DNA from: a bacterium
Lineage (GTDB): Bacteria > Hinthialibacterota > Hinthialibacteria > Hinthialibacterales > Hinthialibacteraceae
Assembly: GCA_041946805.1 (NCBI GenBank)
Contig: JBHGBC010000019.1
Location: 1-54,746, forward strand
Direction of reading: 5' to 3'
Length of the DNA stretch: 54,746 nt
The position numbers were made by a program, and so were the translations under genes. The notes below the pieces were generated by a model, which saw nothing but the letters and a program-made list of their open reading frames with translations, ran no database searches and was not told where the DNA came from. Positions 20,535-28,842 of the stretch are shown here, one piece after another. Numbering within the stretch: position 1 is the first letter of the stretch; every line of letters begins with the position of its first letter.

Positions 20535-23102
20535 TCATTGCCCCAGGAGAGACAACAGGCCTTGGGGCAGGAAGTTGGCCTGGGCCAGGACGGATGTGCC
20601 GGCCTGGAAGAGAATCTGGTTCGCGGTGAAATCGGACACTTCGGAGGCCAGGTCCACATCGCTGAGCCGCGATTCGGAGGCCCGCAGGTTTTCCGAGTTG
20701 ACCGACAGGCTGCTGATGGTGGTGTCGAGCCGGTTGCTGAACGCGCCCAGTTGAGACCGGGTGCGGCTGATCTGGTCGAGCGCCGCGTCCACGATCTCCA
20801 GGGCTTGGTTCACGCCGCTCACCGTGGAGATGTCGATGTCGGAGACGGTCATGCCGCTGCCCCGGCCGAAGCCGATGTTGTCCGCGCGCAGATCGGGGAT
20901 GTTGAGCCGCAAGTCCTGCCCCTTGAAAGGCCCCACCTGGAAACTCAGCGACTGGTTCACGGTGGAGAGGAGCACGGCGAATCCCGGATTCGCTCCGCTG
21001 TCCGTGGGGCCGGGAATGTCGAGGATCACGTCGAAGTCCAGCATCAGGGTCTCGGCCACGCCCGCACTTTCCCCGCTTTCGAAGAAAACGTTTTTATCCC
21101 CGTTCTGGAAGGTCACGGCGGGTCCGCCGTTCAGGGTGCCCACGAACTCCTGGGCCTCGATTTCCACGGTGTCCGCCCCGGGACTGAGGATCGATTGCTC
21201 CATCGCCCCGCGCTGGCCCGCCCCCACGCGCATCATGAGGCGGGGCGTGGATTCCTGGAACAGGGTGGGCGTGGGTCCGGAGAACAAGACCTGATCCCCC
21301 ACCCGGACCCGTTGGCGCGGCCCCCCGGCGATGGAGACGGTGGCTTCCTCGGGATTGCCGGCAATGAGCACCTGGGCGCGGTCGGTCAGGGTGCGCGTGG
21401 CGCCGCTGACGGGATCGCGTCCGTTGACAATCAGGAAGAGGGAAGACTGCGACTGATCGGCGATGTCGTCAATGAGCTGCAAGGTGCCGTTGCCGGTGAG
21501 CGTCAGTTTGGCGTTCACGAAACCGCTTTGTTGATTCAAGGGCGCGTTGACGCCCTGGGTGCGGTCGCGGAAGTTGAGTTCATCGATGAGGCCGCCCAGG
21601 GTGTTGATGAGGCCGTCGCCGAGATCGGCGTCCGCGGCCGTGTTCAGCGTCACGGTGAACTCGGTCTGGAAGGTGCTGCCGTCCGCATTGGTTCCCTGCA
21701 CCGTGATGGTGTCATTGGCCTGCAGGGGGATGCCCGACTGCGAGTAGGTGAACACCGGGCCCACGAAGGTCCCGTTCAGGACCGCCTTGCCGGCCAGGGT
21801 GGTGTTGCGGGTGATGATCGAGCCGGCCGAATCGCGGAACATGAGCTGGGTTTCAACCCGGCGGCGGTTGGGCGGCAGGACATCCGTGACCTCGATGTTG
21901 AAATTGCCCGTGTCGAAGGTGGAGCCGGTGATGCCCTGCACCAAATTGCCGTACTGGCCGCCGACGCCATGGCCGTCCACGTAATCGCGGGTGGAAACCA
22001 CCTGATGTTTCAACGTGCCGGCATTGTTGATGACACTGAAGTTGATCTGGAAAAACGACGGCGCCGCGGCGATGTCGGCGTTGGCCGTCGTGCTGGTCCC
22101 CTCGGCGCGGGCGCTCAGAAAGCGCAGGCGGCCGCTGCCCAGACTCTCGGCCAGGACGCTGCTGGGCAGGCTGACATGGGTCTGCACGAACGTCGCCGGG
22201 ATGTCGGCGGGATTGCCCCCAAACAGGGCGGTCTCGGCGTTGTCGATGGCGGTCTGAATCTGACTGACCAAGTCGGCCATGGTGCTCGGGCCGCCCCCGC
22301 TGACGACGCTGAGCGCCCCGGCGAAAGGCGTGACTCCGTCGGACAGCACGCCCTGGAAGGCGATGATGTTGTTGGCGGCGATGGAGACGCCGTCGAACAT
22401 AAGCGTGCGCAGCGTGTCGGTATAGGCGGCGGCGTTGGCCCCGCGCAGGAACCGGCCGGCGGTCACGGCGATGTCAGTGGCGTCCTTGACGCCGGTGGCG
22501 TAAATGGCATGACCGCCCTCGTTCTTGAAGGGCAGCAGGTTTTCGGAGCCCTCCCGGGTGCGGATGATATTCAAAATGGAAGTGCCCGAGCGCAGGTTGC
22601 TGGCCGTGGGATCGGCCGAAACCCGCACCCCCACCTGGTCCTGCCCGGCCTTCACCCCGGTGACATTGGCGTTGTCCCCGGTGAAGAGCAGGCGCGAGCT
22701 GAAGCGGGCGGTCGAGGCGATCCGGTTGATTTCGTCGATCTGCTGGAACACTTCGTCCTGGATGGACTGGATCGCCGGCGCATCGTTGGTCCCGGTGTTG
22801 CCGGCCTGGATGGCCAGTTCGCGAATCCGTTGCAGGCTGGAGACCAGGGAGTCCAACGAGGCCTCGGTGGTGTTGGCCATGCTCATCCCGTCCTGGGCGT
22901 TGCGGATGGCCATGTCGGTCCCGCGGATCTGGGTGCGGAGCCGCTCCCGAATGGTGAGGCCGGCGGCGTCGTCTCCGGCGTGGTTGATCCGCAGGCCGGA
23001 GGAAAGACGCTCGATGTTTTGAGCGAGACGGCCCCCCGTCACATTCAAACGCCGGGTCGCGCTCATCGCGGATACATTATTGTTGATACGGGTAATGCTC
23101 AT
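20535..23102 (-). CDS. fliC: flagellin 3 (855 aa, giant)
   Basis: MSITRINNN...IERLSSGLRINHAGDDAAG; C-terminal LGAFSNRLD...ESRLSDVDLA; ATG 23102 with GGGAGG SD. The track's longer start is not supported. Confidence 0.97.
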   Translation of the reverse strand: MSITRINNNVSAMSATRRLNVTGGRLAQNIERLSSGLRINHAGDDAAGLTIRERLRTQIRGTDMAIRNAQDGMSMANTTEASLDSLVSSLQRIRELAIQAGNTGTNDAPAIQSIQDEVFQQIDEINRIASTARFSSRLLFTGDNANVTGVKAGQDQVGVRVSADPTASNLRSGTSILNIIRTREGSENLLPFKNEGGHAIYATGVKDATDIAVTAGRFLRGANAAAYTDTLRTLMFDGVSIAANNIIAFQGVLSDGVTPFAGALSVVSGGGPSTMADLVSQIQTAIDNAETALFGGNPADIPATFVQTHVSLPSSVLAESLGSGRLRFLSARAEGTSTTANADIAAAPSFFQINFSVINNAGTLKHQVVSTRDYVDGHGVGGQYGNLVQGITGSTFDTGNFNIEVTDVLPPNRRRVETQLMFRDSAGSIITRNTTLAGKAVLNGTFVGPVFTYSQSGIPLQANDTITVQGTNADGSTFQTEFTVTLNTAADADLGDGLINTLGGLIDELNFRDRTQGVNAPLNQQSGFVNAKLTLTGNGTLQLIDDIADQSQSSLFLIVNGRDPVSGATRTLTDRAQVLIAGNPEEATVSIAGGPRQRVRVGDQVLFSGPTPTLFQESTPRLMMRVGAGQRGAMEQSILSPGADTVEIEAQEFVGTLNGGPAVTFQNGDKNVFFESGESAGVAETLMLDFDVILDIPGPTDSGANPGFAVLLSTVNQSLSFQVGPFKGQDLRLNIPDLRADNIGFGRGSGMTVSDIDISTVSGVNQALEIVDAALDQISRTRSQLGAFSNRLDTTISSLSVNSENLRASESRLSDVDLASEVSDFTANQILFQAGTSVLAQANFLPQGLLSLLGQ

Positions 23103-23128
23103 GCTCGTATCCTCCCTGATACTGGCGG

Positions 23129-23147
23129 ACCGGCAATCCTTGCCGGT
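23129..23147 (-). promoter_or_regulatory. CsrA-type GGA hairpin in flagellin 3 leader
   Basis: mRNA ACCGGCA-AGGAU-UGCCGGU, 26 nt upstream of the ATG; SD AUCAGGGAGGA. Confidence 0.8.
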
Positions 23148-23310
23148 GGTGTCATTCCTCTCCCTCCGGGAAAGGAACGGGAAGCGGGTTTGGACCGCGG
23201 TTGGCGGAATACGCTTCCGGGGATTCATCCGTGAATCCCGGCGGTCCCATGCCGGATGCTCCGGCCTCCTCCCATCCGCGGCCTCCTGGCCGGGATAGGA
23301 TTCGACCCAT

Positions 23311-23337
23311 TTATCGGCGGCGGCGTTTTGATCTTGA
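23311..23337 (-). promoter_or_regulatory. sigma28 (FliA)-type promoter of flagellin 3
   Basis: Minus strand TCAA-N15-GCCGATAA. Confidence 0.85.
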
Positions 23338-23352
23338 GGGTTTTTTTCTGGC

Positions 23353-23553
23353 TCATCCCGCAAGTGCGTACTTTGTTTCAGATGGCCGCTTCGCATCATT
23401 CCGATGTGATCGATGCCCCCCCTAAAATTCCCTCTCCCTCTGGGAGAGGGTCAGGGTGACGTATTTTAGGAAGGGACGGATCTTGGTGTCCGCCCTCATC
23501 CAGGGGTGAATGGAATCAATTTCACCTCATCAGGTACGCACCTCTCGGATAAA
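23353..23553. mobile_element. MITE-like dispersed element enclosing a family A REP
   Basis: Left end TCATCCCGCAAGTGCGTACTTT; degenerate inverted copy at about 23532-23553; homologous copies at 26824-27092 (inverted) and 54238-54337 (partial). Confidence 0.5.
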
Positions 23554-23702
23554 CCTTTTTCTTCTCCCCTCCCCGCACTACTTTCCCAATCCGCTTTGCA
23601 TTATGATCCCCTGATCAATTTCCACACATCCGCTTCCTTCGGCCAAATGGACCGGCCGGGCCGGATGTGTTGATTTCAAGTCCCGGAAAGGATCGCGCGT
23701 TC

Positions 23703-24635
23703 ATGTCAGGTGAATTATGGTTATGGACCGGATTCAATGCCTTTGTCCTGGCCATGCTGGCGCTGGACCTGGGGATTTTCCATCGGCAAGCTCACACCGT
23801 TTCGTTCCAGGAAGCCATCGCCTGGAGCATCGTCTGGGTGGCGCTGGCCCTGCTGTTCAACCTGGGGATTTATTTCTGGAGCGGCCCGCAGCGGGCCGTC
23901 GAGTTCTTGACCGGCTACCTGATCGAGAAATCCCTCAGCGTGGACAACATCTTCGTGTTCCTGATGATATTCACCTATTTCCGGGTGCCCGGCCAATACC
24001 AGCATAAAGTGCTGTTTTGGGGCATCCTCGGGGCCCTGGTCATGCGCGCGGTCTTCATCTTCGCCGGCGTCGCCCTGATCAAGCAGCTGCATTGGATCAT
24101 CTACGTGTTCGGCGCGTTCCTGGTCTACACCGGCGTGAAAATGGTCAGCGAACACGGCAAGGAAATCCATCCGGAACGCAATCCCGTGCTGCGGATGTTC
24201 CGCCGCTTCATGCCGGTCACCGCCGATTACGTGGAAGACCGGTTCTTCGTGGTGAAGGACGGAGTCCGGCATGCCACGCCACTCTTCATCGTCTTGCTCG
24301 TGGTCGAAACCACCGATGTGATTTTCGCCGTCGATTCCATTCCCGCGATCCTGGCGATCACCCTGGACACCTTCATCGTCTATTCCTCCAACGTGTTCGC
24401 CATTCTGGGCCTGCGGGCGCTGTACTTCGCCCTGGCCGGCCTGATCCGGCTTTTCCAATACCTGCACTACGGCCTCTCGGGGATCCTGATCTTCGTGGGA
24501 ACCAAGATGCTGATTTCGGATTATTACAAAATCCCCATCGGAATTTCCCTGGGGATCGTGGCGGGATTCATCGTACTCTCGGTGCTGGCGTCCCTGCTTT
24601 CCTTGAAAAAAACGGCCGGAAGCGCGGGAAACTAG
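23703..24635 (+). CDS. TerC/Alx family integral membrane protein
   Basis: LALDLG, GYLIEKSLSVDNIFVF, DVIFAVDSIPA, SNVFAILGLRALYF. Confidence 0.95.
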   Translation: MSGELWLWTGFNAFVLAMLALDLGIFHRQAHTVSFQEAIAWSIVWVALALLFNLGIYFWSGPQRAVEFLTGYLIEKSLSVDNIFVFLMIFTYFRVPGQYQHKVLFWGILGALVMRAVFIFAGVALIKQLHWIIYVFGAFLVYTGVKMVSEHGKEIHPERNPVLRMFRRFMPVTADYVEDRFFVVKDGVRHATPLFIVLLVVETTDVIFAVDSIPAILAITLDTFIVYSSNVFAILGLRALYFALAGLIRLFQYLHYGLSGILIFVGTKMLISDYYKIPIGISLGIVAGFIVLSVLASLLSLKKTAGSAGN

Positions 24636-24701
24636 TTTCGAGAATCCACCGGAGCGGGGGAATCGCACATCCCAGGAACACACGCGGAAAGGAGAACATC
24701 C

Positions 24702-24842
24702 ATGTTGAAAGCCGGTTGCGTGATACTCCCGATCCTCATTGGATTCAACTAGCTCTTGGCCACGGTGATTCTGGTCTTGTTGGTGGGATTCAAAAAAACG
24801 CCCCCCTGTTGTGGATCGTGTTGGTTGAATCCGGGATCGGGT
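24702..24842 (+). pseudogene. possible degraded small membrane-protein fragment
   Basis: AAGGAG RBS plus ATG; MLKAGCVILPILIGFN*LLATVILVLLVGFKK, and after a frameshift [14 protein letters not shown]; in-frame TAG; abuts the metH duplicate. Confidence 0.3.
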
Positions 24843-25233
24843 GGTGCGTGACCAGGGGGGCTACGGGAAGGATGAAAACCTGCCGCTGGAAGACCTGATC
24901 CGCGAAAAGTACCGCGGCATCCGCCCCGCCGCCGGGGATTCCGCCTGCCCCGATCACACGGAGAAAGGCCTGTTGTGGGACCTGCTGGGCGCGGAGAAAA
25001 ACGCCGGCATCGCCTTGACCGAAAATTACGCCATGAATCCCCCCAGTTCGGCTTCCGGGCTCTTCTTCGCCCATCCCCGGGCGAAATATTTCCGCGTGGG
25101 CAAGATCAACCGCGGCCAGGTGGAAAATTACGCCGGGCGCAAGAACAGGCCCGCCGAGCTCGTGGAAAAATGGCTGGCTCCCTATTTGGCCTACGAACCG
25201 CAGCGCGAGTTGCGCCCCCTGGGGGTAGGATGA
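24843..25233 (+). pseudogene. metH: duplicated, decayed 3' fragment of metH
   Basis: About 358 nt matching 3667-4024 with about 21 substitutions by manual count (about 94%). Conserved GYP is changed to GDS, W to G and Y to D; no convincing RBS. Confidence 0.9.
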
Positions 25234-25577
25234 GACTGGGAGTGCGGATTTCCTGGTGAACCAGATTCACTTAAATAACTTATCCCTCCGTGCAATGCAT
25301 CAAACTGGAAAATCCTTTCTCATCGGTGATCACGGACCGAAATGCGGAAGCATTCTATTTGCAAGACAAATTCCATCTTCTGAACTATAGCAAAAAAATC
25401 TCTCAAATCATTTTTTCATCAACTGTCACCTACCGGCAGGCGACACTTTTTTCAGTACGGGTAGCGAGGCAATTCGTGAATGCGATCCCCCTTGCCTAAT
25501 TTTATGAGCGATGGCGGTGATTTATTTCACTCTCCTCACCGCTTCCGCCCGCGCCATACCATTCAACAAAAAGGAAG

Positions 25578-25884
25578 TCATCCGAGAAGCGCGTACACCC
25601 GAGGTTCCAGGCCCAGGGTTGAAACCCTGGGCTGCTGTACCGCGGCCCCTTGAAGAGGGGGGTAGTTGGTGATTGGGAGGCTTTCCCTCACCCTGGCCCT
25701 TCTCCCAGGGGGAGAGGGGGGATCAGAAATGGGTGGGTATTCGATGACCGGTTTGAACCACGGATGGCACGGATATGACACAGAGGACACGGAGAGAGGA
25801 TGAGAGGGGATAAAGTGTATATCGAAAGGGAACAGAGAGCCATCAGGCTTTCCCTCACCCAGACCCTCTCCCAGAGGGAGAGGG
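25578..25884. repeat. REP-like cluster
   Basis: CCCAGGGTTGAAACCCTGGGCTGCTGTA..GCCCCTTGAA (inverted copy at about 37018-37063); two family A copies; TCATCCGAGAAGCGCGTAC end motif at 25578. Confidence 0.75.
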
Positions 25885-25974
25885 GATCGTCTGGCGTTCC
25901 CATCCTTACTCATACCAAGAATAAAGCAGTGTGAAAAAAGTGGTTCTGGATTGGACGGGATAGGAGAGGGGAAT

Positions 25975-26778
25975 TTACTGGCTCTTCCACTCGGGAATCC
26001 GGGTGGCGGGAGGCGCGACGCTCTGGCCCGGATCGAAGACCACGGTTTCAATGACGCCCTTCAGCAGGCTCTGGAGCGTGAGTCCGTCCTTCGGAGTGCC
26101 CACCACCGAACCGAAGTGCATGGGGACCACGAGCGCGGGCTGGATGGCCCGGGCGGCTTCGGCGGCCTCGGCGGTGTTCATGGTATAGGTCCCGCCGCAG
26201 GGCAGCAGGGCCACGTCGCAATCGATATCCGCCATTTCGGGGATGTGGTCGGTATCGCCCGCGTGGTAGAAGCGCCGGCCGTCCCGCAGAGTGACCACGA
26301 ATCCCAGCCAGTTTTTCGACCGGGGATGGTGGGTTTTGGTGATGTTGTACGCCGGCACGGTCTCGATTTTCCATCCGCCCACGGTCAGGGTTTCACCGGG
26401 CGCGGCCACGCGGAGGTCCTGGACCAGGCTCTTGATTTTCGCCGCCGCTTCCGGCTCGGTGACCGCCACCGTGCCTTCCTTCCTGAGATTGCTCACGCTG
26501 GCCGTGTGGCAGTGATCGTTGTGCGAATGGCTGATGAGGATCAAATCGGCGTCATGGGGGGAGGCGGCCACTTCGTAGGGATCGAAATACAACACCTGGT
26601 TGTCCTCCTGCAAGCGGAATCCGGCCTGCTTGATCCAGGTCACGCCGGCCAGCAGTTTCCGCGCCGTGTCGGAAAGGCCGGCCTCCTCGAAGGCGCGGCC
26701 CGGACGCGCATGGGCGAGCCCGATCATGCCCAAACTTGTGAGATACAAAAAACGGCGGCGGCCGGAATTCGGATTCAT
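25975..26778 (-). CDS. Tat-exported metallo-beta-lactamase-fold hydrolase (UlaG/Lactamase_B_3-like)
   Basis: GRRRFLY Tat signal; SHSHNDH metal motif; YHAGDTD; PMHFG; C-terminus ATRIPEWKSQ. Confidence 0.92.
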   Translation of the reverse strand: MNPNSGRRRFLYLTSLGMIGLAHARPGRAFEEAGLSDTARKLLAGVTWIKQAGFRLQEDNQVLYFDPYEVAASPHDADLILISHSHNDHCHTASVSNLRKEGTVAVTEPEAAAKIKSLVQDLRVAAPGETLTVGGWKIETVPAYNITKTHHPRSKNWLGFVVTLRDGRRFYHAGDTDHIPEMADIDCDVALLPCGGTYTMNTAEAAEAARAIQPALVVPMHFGSVVGTPKDGLTLQSLLKGVIETVVFDPGQSVAPPATRIPEWKSQ

Positions 26779-26823
26779 GTTCGGTTCCTCCGTGGTTTCA
26801 TATTGAATCCGGGATGAGATGCT

Positions 26824-27092
26824 CGAGAGCGCGTACCGATCGCGGATATCCCGGAATAAGCGCGGTCTCCATTATACACCATCGGCTTGGAGGGAACATG
26901 GAGATTGTCAAAACACGCGGATGAACGAAGGATTTTCGCCCTTTCAGGGCTTCCCTCACCCTAACCCTCTCCCAGAGGGAGAGGGGATAGATCTGCACAG
27001 GGGGAGAGGGAATTCGGTGGTGGCATTCCGCGGCCTGCCCGATTGAAGAGCGGCCGGACTGGCTTGATAAAAAGTACGCACTTACCGGATGA
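26824..27092. mobile_element. MITE-like dispersed element, inverted copy
   Basis: AAAGTACGCACTTACCGGATGA at 27071-27092 (reverse of the 23353 motif); family A REP at 26953; degenerate opposite end at about 26824. Confidence 0.45.
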
Positions 27093-27131
27093 AGCGGGAG
27101 GGAATGCCGTGAAGACGGCCGGGAAGCGATT

Positions 27132-27213
27132 TGCGAGAGGGGGGACTCGAACCCCCACGGATTGCTCCACTAGATCCTAAGTCTAGCGCGTCTGCCCATT
27201 CCGCCACTCTCGC
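27132..27213 (-). tRNA. tRNA-Leu (anticodon TAG)
   Basis: GCGAGAG acceptor stem; D-arm GGCGGAATGGGCAGACGC; CTAGA-CT-TAG-GA-TCTAG anticodon arm; long variable arm; GGTTCGAGTCC T-loop; CCA not encoded. Confidence 0.97.
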
Positions 27214-27275
27214 GCCGGGGGAATTTCGAAAATATTGTAGGCATCCCGCCGTTTTTCATCAACCGAAGAGGTGTT

Positions 27276-27665
27276 TCAATCCGGCAACAGGGCGATGGCC
27301 TCGATTTCCACATCCACGTCCTTGGGCAGGCGCGCCGCTTGCACCGTGGACCGGGCGGGACGGCTCTCCGCGAAATATTCTGTATAAATCCGGTTTAATT
27401 CATCGAAGTCCTTCAGGTCCGCGAGAAAAATCGTGACCTTCACCACCCCCTCCAGCGTGGTGCCCGCCGCCTCCAGGACGCTTTTCAGGTTCTCCAGGGT
27501 TTGCCGCGCCTGGTGCTCGAAGGAATCCTGCACCAACTCGCCGGTCCGAGGATTCAAGGGGATCTGGCCGGAGACGAACAGGAACCCGTTGGCCGCCACG
27601 CCGGGGGAATACGGGCCCACGGGGGCCGGCCCGCCCGCGGGAGCGATCAATCGTTTGGTCATCAT
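27276..27665 (-). CDS. ridA: RidA/YjgF family reactive-intermediate deaminase
   Basis: PVGPYS, SGQIP, RPARSTVQAARLPKDVDVEIEAIA; AAGGAGGT RBS. Confidence 0.95.
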   Translation of the reverse strand: MMTKRLIAPAGGPAPVGPYSPGVAANGFLFVSGQIPLNPRTGELVQDSFEHQARQTLENLKSVLEAAGTTLEGVVKVTIFLADLKDFDELNRIYTEYFAESRPARSTVQAARLPKDVDVEIEAIALLPD

Positions 27666-27710
27666 GTCACCTCCTTCGCGTCACAATCATGGTGGTTCTT
27701 CCGGGATGTG

Positions 27711-27742
27711 AGTATATCAGGAAGAAAAAGGCCTTTTGTCAA
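27711..27742 (-). promoter_or_regulatory. putative sigma70 promoter (extended -10) of ridA/tRNA
   Basis: Minus strand TG-A-TATACT; a TTGACA lies 20 nt upstream (long spacer). Confidence 0.45.
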
Positions 27743-28087
27743 TTCCCCTTATCCGGCTGGTATCCGGGGCCTCTCACGGGGACACGGAAAGGCAGGGAGG
27801 ATTGTGCGTCCGCCGGGCCGCGCGGATTCGAGAGGGAACCGGTTCATCGCGGCTCCCCAAGAGATCCGCCCTCCCGGATTCCCCGTTTCCCTGGAAGAGG
27901 CCAAATGGGGGAAAGCCCCCGGCAGCGCCACCGGTCCTGCCTTGGGTTAGGTAGAGGGTGTAGTCTCCCGGGCCTTCCCCTATTCCGGCAAATCCGCGCC
28001 GGAGGCCCTGGGATGCTTTCCCGAATCCGCCGGCCGCGAGTATAATAGCGGCAGGGAAAAGACAGAACCGTAAAGGTGGGAGAAGGT

Positions 28088-28786
28088 ATGATCCACGAAG
28101 TCAATCTGAAGCATTTCTCAGGCAAAGTGCCCTTGTTTCCCCTGCCGCACGTTGTCCATTTTCCGCATACGATCCTTCCCCTGCACATCTTCGAGAAACG
28201 CTACCGCGTCATGATCAAGGACGTATTGGAGGGCGAGCGGCTCATCGGCATGGCCGTCTTGCAGCCGGGCTGGGAAGAGAATTACGAGGGCAATCCCAAT
28301 ATTTATCCCGTGGCCTGCCTGGGGCGCGTGATCAAAACCGAACCGCTTCCCAACGGGCGCAGTAACATTTTGCTCCTGGGCTTGAAACGCGTCCGCATCC
28401 AGGAAATCGTCACGCCGTTCCCCTACCGGACGGCCCGGGTGGAAATCGTGGAAGATACCCTGGAAGGGCTGGAAAAACCGGAACTGCGCCAATTCAAACA
28501 CCGGCTGCTGGAGTTGTACAGCGAAATGGTGATTGAATTCGCGGGAGCGGACAAACCATTCCCCCCCCTGTCGAGTTTGAAACTCGAAGCGGGAGCGTTG
28601 GCGGACGCGCTGGCCGCCTGTATCGGCTTGTCCACGCCCGATCTGGTTCACCTGCTCATGGAACACCGCGTGAGTGAGCGGTTCCGGTTTCTGGAGCAAC
28701 GGCTGGTGGAAAAACTCCGCCAGGGTGGACCCATCGTCCTCCCGCCGAACACTCCCGGGATTCCCCGTACGATTCATCTCAACTAA
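28088..28786 (+). CDS. LON peptidase substrate-binding (Lon-N) domain protein
   Basis: PLFPLPHVVHFPHTILPLHIFEKRYR...GRSNILLLGLKR; no AAA or protease domain; TATAAT at 28041. Confidence 0.92.
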   Translation: MIHEVNLKHFSGKVPLFPLPHVVHFPHTILPLHIFEKRYRVMIKDVLEGERLIGMAVLQPGWEENYEGNPNIYPVACLGRVIKTEPLPNGRSNILLLGLKRVRIQEIVTPFPYRTARVEIVEDTLEGLEKPELRQFKHRLLELYSEMVIEFAGADKPFPPLSSLKLEAGALADALAACIGLSTPDLVHLLMEHRVSERFRFLEQRLVEKLRQGGPIVLPPNTPGIPRTIHLN

Positions 28787-28842
28787 GGAGGACGGCCTTT
28801 GGCGGACCACCCGCGCGCGGGAACCGGTCCCGGTTGGTGGGA

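Noticed and set aside
11590..23102. flagellinolysin-type protease insert
   Set aside because: No HExxH in any of the three flagellins.
20538..23234. long antisense ORFs (also 359..2326, 4623..6026, 12460..14112, 50242..51783)
   Set aside because: Shadow frames caused by strong GC3 codon bias opposite well-supported genes.
23560..23702. yybP-ykoY Mn riboswitch upstream of terC
   Set aside because: Expected from the gene family, but no GGGGAGUA/GAGACC core is recognisable by eye.
24750..24752. TAG read-through (pyrrolysine or recoding)
   Set aside because: TAG serves as a normal stop for metH, terC and others; decay is the simpler explanation.
24843..25200. metH repeat pair as a DGR template/variable repeat
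   Set aside because: Differences are not confined to adenines on either strand (only about 9 of 21 at T and 3 at A), many are synonymous, and no reverse transcriptase is present.
25290..25499. small ORFs in AT-rich spacers (also 4266..4484, 14139..14477, 19151..19372)
   Set aside because: No properly spaced RBS, atypical codon usage and no recognisable motifs.
27000..27131. integrative element at tRNA-Leu
   Set aside because: No integrase, and no duplicate of the tRNA 3' end was noticed in the window.
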